Assembly: GCA_963706325.1 (NCBI GenBank)
Contig: CAVPLT010000002.1
Coordinates: forward strand, 160,001 to 224,000
Source: an uncultured Nitrospiraceae bacterium
GTDB taxonomy: Bacteria > Nitrospirota > Nitrospiria > Nitrospirales > Nitrospiraceae
Reading direction: 5' to 3'
Length of the DNA: 64,000 nucleotides
Below the pieces are notes generated by a model. The model did no database searches, was not told the DNA's origin, and was given only the letters and a program-made list of their open reading frames with translations. Both the position numbers and the translations under genes were made by a program. Shown one piece after another: positions 30,285 to 38,675 of this stretch (the stretch's first letter is position 1; each line of letters starts with the position of its first letter).

Positions 30285-31400
30285 TCAATATTGCGTGCAC
30301 TTCCCGAGCATCCGAACGATTTGGCCAGTTTCGGTACTCCAGACGATGGGCGAACCGAATGTTATACCGCCAACGATATATTTGCCATTCGGACTATATG
30401 AAACGCCTCGAACGTTCAGCTCATGAGGAACCTTAAGTTGATGTTCCGGCTTTGCCGACTCGATGTGCCATATCGTTATGACCTCCTCCCCCAATCCTCC
30501 TGAGGCCAAATGGATTCCATCAGGACTGAATGCTAACTGCGTCAATTCCGACCCTGAAGTGTTGTATCCGAACTTTCGCACGCTTTCACCAGTGGTTGTG
30601 TTCCACATGGAGATTGCAAAGTCCTTTGCATCATTTGGGTAAGCAAGCGCAGCAACGAGACGATTGTCCGGGCTCAACGCGACAGAAAAAATGTGTCCCT
30701 CGACCCTAAAACTTTGCTTCTGTAGCTTAGCCCTCACATCCCACGAACGAACCGTCCCGTCCCGGCTGCCAGAGAACAGGGTGGACCCATCAGAACTGAA
30801 AGTTAAGGATTCGACGACATCCCAGTGTCCTTTCAACTCTGCGACCATCGACCCATGTTTCTTAGCCTCCCAAATTCTGATCGAGTTATCATGTCCGCCG
30901 GACGCGATCATTTCACCATCTTGACTATAGGCGACCGTCCTTACTCCTCTCATATCCTCGGTTGAAAAGACCTCAATATCATCAAATACCTCTCCTCGCG
31001 GATTGTCAGGGTCTATCCCATAGAGCCTGACAGTCCGATCTCTAACTCCCGCCGCGAAACGGCTGCCATTTGGACTCCAAGCTACAGACATGACTCCTGC
31101 CAAAAGAGGTCCATATCCATCTTCACCCTCGCGAATGCGTGGATCGTCGATGTAGACAAAAGGGCCACGTTCACATGCGTCAGCTCGCCACAGTCGAATC
31201 GTTCAGTCAAGGCCACTGGAAAGAATATGCCTTCCATCGGGGCTCCATGCCACGGCTGTCACCTCTTGTTTGTCGGGCAGAAAGTACGTTAGTGCGCGAA
31301 CCGCCGTCCCAACACAAAGGGGGACTAATGCCACCATCGTCAAAGCACCGACTTTTAGGATGTTCCTCACAACGCACGAGAATACACGGATCCCATAAGG
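30285..31400 (-). pseudogene. WD40-repeat protein, 5' part disrupted; left boundary approximate
   Basis: Intact WD40 repeats 30285-31103; an upstream repeat VTAVAWSPDGRHILSSGLD*TIRLW has TGA at 31203-31205 and is out of frame. Confidence 0.8.
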
Positions 31401-31418
31401 ATTTCGATAAATGGTTCT

Positions 31419-31515
31419 CCAAGCCTGCTTCCCGCCTTAGAGCGCGTCCTGCTCGGTCTCCCACTGCGCGTGTCCAACGAGGGGAGTCCGCGACCGCGCG
31501 TTGCACGAGCACAGG
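31419..31515 (+). repeat. GC-rich repeat family A (CCAAGC..GCT...CTGCGCGYRTCSAACGAG...GCGCGTT..GCGAGCA)
   Basis: Near-identical to 33680-33785. Confidence 0.8.
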
Positions 31516-31549
31516 AGACCAGCATGACGCCCTTCTTCTCCCTCTCCCC

Positions 31550-31645
31550 CCTCGTAGAACGCAGGCGTTCTCAGCCAACTGCTTGTGGATCCACGGTTTC
31601 ACGGAGCCACCCATCAACCGCTCTCAGTTTGTATGAGAATCGAAT
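31550..31645 (+). repeat. Duplicate of the -10/5' end of the radical SAM gene (34287-34382)
   Basis: Ungapped 85/96 nt match. Confidence 0.9.
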
Positions 31646-31654
31646 GCGAGCAAG

Positions 31655-31680
31655 AGAGGGTCAGGTCTTGCAATCAAACA
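31655..31680 (-). repeat. 26-bp inverted repeat, right copy AGAGGGTCAGGTCTTGCAATCAAACA
   Basis: Exact reverse complement of 28344-28369. Confidence 0.9.
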
Positions 31681-31737
31681 ATCAGGCGTATGCTTGGTTG
31701 GCAACAGGGGTTCATTCAGACGCCTTGCGGCCTGCAC

Positions 31738-32031
31738 CTAGCGATTCATTGCAACCGCGAGCCGAAAGCCCAGCGCGTGGAGGAGGGCGTCGAGGCTTCT
31801 AAATTCAGGATTGCCGCGCTCCGAGAGCATGCGATACAGACTTTCCCGATTCAGCTTCGTTTTCTCGGCGAGCGACGCGACCCCTCCCTGAGCCTCTGCC
31901 ACATTTCGTAACGCCAGCAAGAACAATTCGGGATCATCCTCTTCGAGCGCGGCATTCAAATACTCTTCAGCTTCCCGCGCATCTCGCAGGCTTTCGATGG
32001 TATCTGCTTGATAGGCGTTGCTCTTCTTCAT
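31738..32031 (-). CDS. Addiction-module antidote protein (HI1420-like HTH antitoxin)
   Basis: MKKSNAYQ...YLNAALEEDDPELFLLALRNVAEAQGGVASLAEKTKLNRESLYRMLSERGNPEF. Confidence 0.9.
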   Translation of the reverse strand: MKKSNAYQADTIESLRDAREAEEYLNAALEEDDPELFLLALRNVAEAQGGVASLAEKTKLNRESLYRMLSERGNPEFRSLDALLHALGFRLAVAMNR

Positions 32032-32110
32032 GGCCGCCTCCTGTATCCGCTCCAATACCGCTGGGCGGTTTCAATATCTTTGCCTGTGTGCGCTTATCCC
32101 CTCCGCAGAG
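32028..32110 (-). pseudogene. C-terminal remnant of an addiction-module killer toxin (HI1419/HigB-RelE-like)
   Basis: LCGGDKRTQ/KDIETAQRYWSGYRRRP*, with ATGA overlap onto the antidote start. Confidence 0.8.
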
Positions 32111-32457
32111 TTGCCAAAGATTGTCGCTTTTTCCTGAGGCAAAGCCGGACTTCTTTGGCGGTCTCCACGAATCCAAACGTCGCTTATAAGCTACCTCGTG
32201 GCAAGGTGGCCTGGCCGGTTCCAAACGTGCGCGCGTACCACGGTAGCCTTCTGGGGCCGCATGTTGCGGGCGCGCGGAACTGTCAGGCCACGCTTCTTCT
32301 ATCTCCCGTTCCGTCTTTTTCCATCCTGGACTAAATTTCGCGGCGGTCACTTGTGACGAAAACAGCTTTTTGATTTCCTGAAACAGATCCACAGGTGTTC
32401 AGCTGTACGTTTCCGCTCCACTTCCCAGACCCTCAGAGTCTGGCTATAATAGACAGT

Positions 32458-32649
32458 ATGGAATCGACCAAATACATTTATTGGCAGGATCAAGGGCAGT
32501 GGCTCGGTTACCTCCAGGACTACCCTGATTACTGGACGCAAGGGGAGTCGTTCGACGATCTGCAATCCCATCTTCGTGATCTATACCGCGACCTCACCAG
32601 CGGTGAAATTCCCGGAGTACGCAAGCTTGCCGAGCTGACACTTCGGTGA
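32458..32649 (+). CDS. HicB family antitoxin
   Basis: YWQDQGQWLGYLQDYPDYWTQGESFDDLQSHL; TATAAT immediately upstream. Confidence 0.85.
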   Translation: MESTKYIYWQDQGQWLGYLQDYPDYWTQGESFDDLQSHLRDLYRDLTSGEIPGVRKLAELTLR

Positions 32650-32825
32650 AGCGCAACGACCTCCTTCGAGAACTTGAATCCGTCGGTTGTGTGCTTGTCC
32701 GTCATGGTGGAAAGCACGACTAGTATCACAATCCCGCCACGAAGGTTTCCCAGCCCGTTCCTCGCCACGCCGAGATCAACGAACATCTCGCAAAACGTAT
32801 CCTGAAGCTGTTGGGCAATTCCTAG
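32646..32825 (+). pseudogene. HicA family toxin with an in-frame TAG at 32721-32723
   Basis: VKRNDLLRELESVGCVLVRHGGKHD*YHNPATKVSQPVPRHAEINEHLAKRILK; GTGA overlap with the hicB stop. Confidence 0.88.
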
Positions 32826-32865
32826 TACTATTCGCGCTTCAGTGGCGGCCTTGCGGGTTCTCAAC

Positions 32866-33058
32866 GTGCGCGCGTCCAACGAGGGGAGTCTGCGACCCGA
32901 CTTCATTTTTTTACCAGGAGCAGTCGACTTGCCCTTCAGCTGCGCACGTGGGACGAGCACTGTCAGTAATGGTACTTCCGAGCTTGCTCGTTATTTCTCA
33001 TCTCAGGAAGGGTGCCGGTGCTGTTTCCAACGAGGGTCTTCGGAGGCCGCATGTTTAT
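32866..33058 (+). repeat. Repeat family A, about three degenerate units
   Basis: GCGCGCGTCCAACGAGGGGAGT; CTGCGCACGTGGGACGAGCACTG; CCGAGCTTGCTCG..CAGGAAGGG..TCCAACGAGGG. Confidence 0.7.
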
Positions 33059-33185
33059 CAAACGGAGGAAAGCGTAGTGATGTCTTCCGAGGTGAGGGGC
33101 AATCACATCCACTGTTGGACGGGTTCCTATCGAAGTGCTAGGATGTTGCAGAGTGATAACAATACATACAGCGTTTAGGTGATCT

Positions 33186-33386
33186 ATGAGCAAAGTAGAA
33201 GCGATTGAAGAACAGATTGAGAAACTTTCTCTCGATGAACTCGCGGCATTTCGGCGCTGGTATGCGGCGTTTGATGCGGAGACTTGGGATCGTCAGTTCG
33301 AGGGTGACGTGACGGCGGGCAAGCTCGATGCTCTCGCAGAAAAGGCTCTAAGTGCGCATGCGTCCGGCCAGTCGAAGCCGCTTTGA
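33186..33386 (+). CDS. Putative antitoxin (66 aa)
   Basis: MSKVEAIEEQIEKLS..ELAAFRRWY..FDAETWDRQFE.D..AGKLD; overlaps the toxin start. Confidence 0.8.
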   Translation: MSKVEAIEEQIEKLSLDELAAFRRWYAAFDAETWDRQFEGDVTAGKLDALAEKALSAHASGQSKPL

Positions 33387-33640
33387 TTCACCACGCCTCA
33401 CCAGATTTTTGGTCCTGTTACAACGCGCTTCCTGTTTCGATTCGTGAACAAGCCGATCACGCTTTTAACCTGTTGAAGGCCAACCCCCGGCACCCATCGT
33501 TACATTTTAAGCAGGTGGGCAGGTTTCGGTCCGCGCGAGTTGGGCTCCAGTATCGAGCGGTCGGAGTTGATGCAGCAGACGGTATTGTCTGGTTCTGGAT
33601 CGGTACGCATGCAGAATACGACAAACTTATTCGGAAGTAG
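33383..33640 (+). CDS. ParE/RelE-like toxin, intact
   Basis: FWSCYNALP...NPRHPSLHFK...SARVG..YRA...WFWIGTHAEYDKL. Confidence 0.88.
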   Translation: MIHHASPDFWSCYNALPVSIREQADHAFNLLKANPRHPSLHFKQVGRFRSARVGLQYRAVGVDAADGIVWFWIGTHAEYDKLIRK

Positions 33641-33679
33641 AGGGGCAGCCGACCTTTCTCTGTCTACCCCAATGCTCCT

Positions 33680-34240
33680 TCCAAGCTTGCTTATTCGTTC
33701 TCCCGCGAAGGGCGCGTCCTGCCTGGTCTCCCACTGCGCGCGTCCAACGAGGGGAGTTTGCGACCGCGCGTTGCGCGAGGTCCACGGCGCGAAGAATAAT
33801 GAGCGCCATGCTCGTGGACGCCGGCGAGACGGTGAGCCGGCTGTGTCTTTCAGGAGCCCAACAGGCCGCTTCTCTTTCCAGCTCTATCGTTTTCTCACCC
33901 TTCACCAGGGAATGGCCGGGTTGCCCTTCAACTGCGCGCATCGGACGAGCACTGTTTCATCGTGCGCGTTCTGCGAGCAAGAAGGGCTGCCGGCCGCTCC
34001 CGCTATCCATATATAATGTCCCTCCAAGCTCGCTTGTTTGTTTTTCTCTCAGGAAGGGCGCTGTTGCTGTTCCCAACTGCGCCCGTCGAACGAGACCCTT
34101 CCCAGGGCGCGCGTTCCGCTCCTAATGCTCCTTCCAATTACTAAACGCTCATATACCAGGGAGGAGTCAGGCCGTCCTTTCAATGCGCGCATCGAACGAG
34201 CACTGCTTCATCGTGCGCGTTCTGCGAGCAAAAAGGATGG
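33680..34240 (+). repeat. Repeat family A, about four units
   Basis: Units at ~33733, 33932, 34077 and 34183; TGCGCGCATCG.ACGAGCACTG.TTCATCGTGCGCGTTCTGCGAGCAA occurs twice. Confidence 0.8.
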
Positions 34241-34267
34241 CTTGACTGCTCCTTTCCCCTCTCCCCC

Positions 34268-34297
34268 TTGACCCTCCCTCTTCCCGCCTCGTAAAAT
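34268..34297 (+). promoter_or_regulatory. Sigma70-like promoter of the radical SAM pair
   Basis: TTGACC-18 nt-TAAAAT. Confidence 0.55.
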
Positions 34298-34321
34298 GCA
34301 GACGTTCTCAGCTAACTGGTT

Positions 34322-36268
34322 GTGGATACACGGTTTCACGGAGCCACCCATGAACCGCTCTCGGCTCGTATGAGGATCGAATATACAAAGGGCGAGCGGG
34401 CATCGCGCGAGCTGCTGATGGTCCAGCGCGAGACCTCCGAAGCCACCAGCGGCCGGAAGATGAAGGTCATGCTGATCTTCCCGCCCGACTGGTTCCCTTC
34501 CGAACCCTATCTGAGCCTTCCTTCCCTCACCGCGGTCCTCCGCCAGGCCGGCCATACGGTCATTCAAAAAGACATCAACCTCGAGATGTGGGATTGGTAC
34601 TTCAGCGAGGACTTCTTGAAAAAAGTCCTGCGCCGGGTGCCGCAGCAGCTCGACCGGCTCCGCAAGCTGGCCAAGAAACGCGAGCTCGAAGAATGGGAGC
34701 AGGATCTCCAGCTCGCGCTCTGCGATCTGACGCGCCAGCGGATCGACGATCTGATCAAGAAGGCGGAGAAGGCCAAGGCGATTATTCGCGGGGAAGTCTT
34801 TTACGAAATCGATCAGTTAGAGTGGGCTCTTCATGTATTCCGTGAGGTCACGTCGGTGATCTCGATGGTCTATGCGCCGGCGCGGATCTGTATGCCGCCG
34901 ATGGAGACGGACCTTTCTTATAAAGTCTTCGTGTCACACGAAGTGATGGATGCGGTGAACGACACCCAGGTGAACATCTACCGCGACGTGTTCGAGCATC
35001 TGGTGAAGCCGGCGATCGAAGCGGAAAAGCCGGATGTGGTCGGCATCTCGATCGTCTTGCAGCAGCAGATGTTCTCCTCCATGACGTTCTGCGCCCTCAT
35101 CAAGCAGCACTTTCCCAACATCCATGTGACCATCGGCGGCAACACGGTGACGCGCCTGCGCGACGTGCTGCCGGAGTCGCCGCTGTTTCAATACTTCGAC
35201 AGCGCCGTGGTCTATGAAGGGGAGACGGCGTTCGTGCAGCTGGTGTCGGCGGTCGGGGCGAAGCGGAGCCTGGCCGATGTGCCGAATACCATCTATAAGG
35301 ACGAAACCGGGGTGCACGTCTCGGCGACGAGTTTTGCGGAGGATATGGCCGCGCTGCCGCCGCCGGACTTCGATGGCTTGCCGCTGGACAAGTATTTCGT
35401 ACCGACCAAGATTCTGCCCTATCTGGCGACCCGCGGTTGTTACTGGGGCCGCTGCGAATTCTGCGATCATGGCGAAGGTTATACGGCGGGCTACCGTACG
35501 AAGAAGATTCAGGACATTCTGGCCGAAGTGACCTATCTGCGCGACAAGTACGGCGCAAAGCATTTTCACTTTACCGATGAGTCGTATCCGCCGGCACTCT
35601 TTCGAAAGCTGACGCGGGGGCTGATCGACAGCAACATGGGCATTGCCTGGACGACGCACATGCGGTTCGAGAAGAGTCTGCTGGAAGATCAAGTCTGGCA
35701 GGATGCGAAGGCCTCGGGCTGCAAGTATCTCCACTTCGGCTACGAGTCGGGGAACGAGCGCGTGCTGAAGCTGATGGACAAGGCGACGACGACGGAGATC
35801 ATGACGAAACATTTGAAGTACACCGCCGAGGCCGGCATCTGGAACCACTGCATGGGCTTCTTCGGGTTTCCCGGCGAAACGCGGGACGAAGCCTGGTCGT
35901 CGGTGGAGTTTCTGGAGCGGAACAAGAATTATGTGCATTCGCTCGGGTTCGGCACGTTCGATCTGGGTCGGCATAACCCGGTGGCGAAACATCCGGAGAA
36001 GTTCGGCGTGACTGCCTACAAGAATCCCGAATGGGACCTGGCGCTCGACTACTACTTCACCGTGAAGCAGGGGTTGAGCATCGAAGAGGCCGAGCGGGTG
36101 TTCCAAGAATTCGAACGGAATCACAATCCCGGCTGGGACCTGCGGCTCTTCATCCGCGAATATATCTTTCTCTACATTGCGCAGTTCGGGTTGCAGAAGC
36201 TGCCGGATCTGCAGTTCAGGACCGCCAAGGTCGCTACCACGGCTCCTTCATTAGCGGGGAAGATGTAA
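34322..36268 (+). CDS. B12-binding radical SAM protein 1 (start may be the ATG at 34369)
   Basis: PYLSLPSL.A.LR, VTIGGN, TRGCYWGRCEFCDH (CxxxCxxC), GYESGNERVL. Confidence 0.93.
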   Translation: MDTRFHGATHEPLSARMRIEYTKGERASRELLMVQRETSEATSGRKMKVMLIFPPDWFPSEPYLSLPSLTAVLRQAGHTVIQKDINLEMWDWYFSEDFLKKVLRRVPQQLDRLRKLAKKRELEEWEQDLQLALCDLTRQRIDDLIKKAEKAKAIIRGEVFYEIDQLEWALHVFREVTSVISMVYAPARICMPPMETDLSYKVFVSHEVMDAVNDTQVNIYRDVFEHLVKPAIEAEKPDVVGISIVLQQQMFSSMTFCALIKQHFPNIHVTIGGNTVTRLRDVLPESPLFQYFDSAVVYEGETAFVQLVSAVGAKRSLADVPNTIYKDETGVHVSATSFAEDMAALPPPDFDGLPLDKYFVPTKILPYLATRGCYWGRCEFCDHGEGYTAGYRTKKIQDILAEVTYLRDKYGAKHFHFTDESYPPALFRKLTRGLIDSNMGIAWTTHMRFEKSLLEDQVWQDAKASGCKYLHFGYESGNERVLKLMDKATTTEIMTKHLKYTAEAGIWNHCMGFFGFPGETRDEAWSSVEFLERNKNYVHSLGFGTFDLGRHNPVAKHPEKFGVTAYKNPEWDLALDYYFTVKQGLSIEEAERVFQEFERNHNPGWDLRLFIREYIFLYIAQFGLQKLPDLQFRTAKVATTAPSLAGKM

Positions 36269-38229
36269 TGTCGGCCTCAGGTCTCGTCCAGATCGACGGT
36301 CTGTCTCCGATCAAGCAAGAGGAACGGAAGACTTCCAAGGTCATGCTGCTGTTTCCGCCCGAGTGGGTGCCGACGGCGCCGTATCTCGCCTTACCCTCCT
36401 TGACCGCCGTGTTGCGAGAAGCCGGGCATACCGTGGTGCAGCGTGACATCAACATTGAGATGTACGACCACTTCTTCACCATGGAGTTTTTGATCTGGGT
36501 GAAGGGCCGCCTGGGCATGCAGCTGAAGCCGCTTCAGGACAAGGAAAAAGCCGGGAGGCTGACGGAGCAGGAAGCCAGTCAGAAATCCGTGCTGGAGCAG
36601 GCCTATGCGGTGGATGTGTTCGACTTGGCGCAGCGTTCGGAAGACGCGAAGGTCATTGTGCGCGGTGAGCGATTCTACCAAGCCGAAAAGTTGGAGCGGG
36701 CGCTGAACACGTTTCGCGAAGCGATGCAGTACATTTCCGCCGCCTACTATCCGGCTTCGCTGGTGTTCTATCCCATGGAAAGCAACCTGGGCTATCGGCC
36801 CGGTGTCTCGAAGGAAGTCTTTGCCTGCCTCGACGACGAACAGGTGAACGTCTACCGCGATATCTGCACTCAACTCGTGTTGCCCAGTGTGAGCAGAGAG
36901 AAGCCGACGGTGATCGGCATCTCGATCGGCACACAAATGCAGCTGATGGCCGGCCTCACGTTTTGCAAGATGATCAAGGAAACGTTTCCCGGCATCCACG
37001 TCGTGGTCGGCGGCAATGTCGTCACACGGTTGCAGGAAGAATGGGCGAAGCATGAGCGTTTCTTCACCGAAGTCTTTGACGCGGCCATCTTGTATGAGGG
37101 CGAGCATGCGCTGCTCTGGTACATCGAGGCGGTGAACGGGCAGCGCGCGATCGAGTCGGTGCCCAATCTCATGTATTACGCGTCCGGCGCGGTGCAGCAG
37201 AGCAAGGAAGTCTATACGGAGAAGACGGCGGCGCTGCCGCTGCCTGATTTCGACGGCTTGCCGCTGGATCACTATTTCGTTCCCGAGCGGATCATTCCCT
37301 ACCTCGCGACGCGCGGCTGTTATTGGGGCCGCTGCACGTTCTGTGATCACGGCCAGGGTTATTTCGATCAATACCGCGGGATGACGGCGCAGCATGTGGT
37401 CGAGCAGGTGACGGCGCTACGGGACAAGTACCAGTGCAAGCATTTCCTGTTCTCCGACGAGTCCTATCCGCCCGCGTTGTTCAAGAAGGTGTCGCAGCTG
37501 CTGGTGGACCGGAACGTCGGGATCAAGTGGACGACGCTGATCCGTTTCGAGGAGACGCTCCAGGACCAGGCGGTGTGGGACCTGGCGGCGAAGGCCGGCT
37601 GCTGCACGCTGTATTACGGGATGGAGTCGGCGAACGAGCGCGTGCTGAACCTTATGGACAAACACGCGAAGAAGAGCGTGATTCAGAACAATCTCCATCA
37701 GGCGGCGAAGGCAGGCATCTGGAACCACGTGATGGCGTTTTACGGTTTCCCCGGCGAGACGCGCGACGAGGCGCTGGAGACCCGGCAGTTCGTCATTGAG
37801 AACCAGCCGGTCATTCACTCGGTGGAGCTGTTCTACTTCGTGGCCTACCGCCATACGCCGATGGTGCGTAATCCGGATAAATTCGGCATCACGATTCACA
37901 AGCAGGAGGAGTACGACCTGCCGCTGGATTACTATTACACGCTGAACGAACCGGTGGGTATTACCTGCCTCGATGCGATGCAGCTGTGCGAAGAGTTCTA
38001 TAAGAACGACTTCAGCCCCTGGGCGGTGCGGGTGAACAGCCGCGAGCACGTTTTTCTCTATATCTCCAAGTTCGGCACGAATCGCTTGCCGCAGATCTAC
38101 GCGGCGACGAAAGCGGGTGCGACGACGGCTGAAGGTGTCTCGGGTCTCGTGACCTGGCCGATGGCCATGAGTGAAGGGGATGAGGGCAAGGAAGGGATGA
38201 GTCGCGTTGTCTCCCACGGCGTCGGATAA
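36268..38229 (+). CDS. B12-binding radical SAM protein 2
   Basis: TAATG overlap with gene 1; PYLALPSL, VVVGGN, TRGCYWGRCTFCDH, GMESANERVL. Confidence 0.93.
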   Translation: MSASGLVQIDGLSPIKQEERKTSKVMLLFPPEWVPTAPYLALPSLTAVLREAGHTVVQRDINIEMYDHFFTMEFLIWVKGRLGMQLKPLQDKEKAGRLTEQEASQKSVLEQAYAVDVFDLAQRSEDAKVIVRGERFYQAEKLERALNTFREAMQYISAAYYPASLVFYPMESNLGYRPGVSKEVFACLDDEQVNVYRDICTQLVLPSVSREKPTVIGISIGTQMQLMAGLTFCKMIKETFPGIHVVVGGNVVTRLQEEWAKHERFFTEVFDAAILYEGEHALLWYIEAVNGQRAIESVPNLMYYASGAVQQSKEVYTEKTAALPLPDFDGLPLDHYFVPERIIPYLATRGCYWGRCTFCDHGQGYFDQYRGMTAQHVVEQVTALRDKYQCKHFLFSDESYPPALFKKVSQLLVDRNVGIKWTTLIRFEETLQDQAVWDLAAKAGCCTLYYGMESANERVLNLMDKHAKKSVIQNNLHQAAKAGIWNHVMAFYGFPGETRDEALETRQFVIENQPVIHSVELFYFVAYRHTPMVRNPDKFGITIHKQEEYDLPLDYYYTLNEPVGITCLDAMQLCEEFYKNDFSPWAVRVNSREHVFLYISKFGTNRLPQIYAATKAGATTAEGVSGLVTWPMAMSEGDEGKEGMSRVVSHGVG

Positions 38230-38354
38230 CAGGATGCTGAAAACGACCTCCCCGGTCGTTCTCGGCTGTTCAAAATCCTCAACGTACCCCTGGAGGGTAC
38301 GCCTCCGGTTTTACCTCACCTGCGGCCTAGTAGGACGCCGTTTTGAGCATCCTG
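38230..38354 (+). repeat. ~125-bp palindromic repeat family B (CAGGATG...CATCCTG)
   Basis: Terminal inverted repeat plus central CGTACCC..GGGTACG hairpin; starts immediately after a stop codon. Confidence 0.88.
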
Positions 38355-38426
38355 AAGAATACGGATCGGCGTGACGTTTTGATCATCCGACGGTGAATAA
38401 AAATCTCATTGGAGAAGGTTTGACGA

Positions 38427-38675
38427 TCAGCTCGTTGATTCACCAGACACCAGCAATACAGCGAGCAGGGCGTACGAAGTTTCGACGAGTTGGCTCATTT
38501 TTTCAGCTTGCTTGTAGGCCTGCATATATTTCTTAGGATTGTTCGTCAGATTGGCATACCGCTGGGGATTCCAGGTATGGAGGAGTTGCTCACGTCTCTG
38601 CTCCAGCTGCTCGCGGGTATAAGGCCGGGTGAGCGTAAAGAGTTTTAGAGCTTCGGTGAGGAGTCCCTCAGTCAT
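38427..38675 (-). CDS. Small degenerate J-domain-like protein
   Basis: ALKLFTL....TREQLEQRREQLLHTWNPQRY....AEKMSQLVETSYALL; HPD is replaced by NPQ. Confidence 0.65.
   Translation of the reverse strand: MTEGLLTEALKLFTLTRPYTREQLEQRREQLLHTWNPQRYANLTNNPKKYMQAYKQAEKMSQLVETSYALLAVLLVSGESTS

Noticed and set aside
32721..32723. Pyrrolysine or amber recoding in hicA
   Set aside because: The position is expected to be Trp (TGG>TAG is a single change), TAG is used as a normal stop throughout the window, and no pyl genes are seen.
31419..34240. CRISPR array
   Set aside because: The repeats are degenerate, of unequal length and irregularly spaced, and no cas genes are present.
34934..38217. Long antisense ORFs (396, 334 and 266 aa) opposite the radical SAM genes
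   Set aside because: They are shadow ORFs expected from high-GC codon bias and have no recognisable motifs. The same applies to antisense ORFs over pyk, adh, frr and others.
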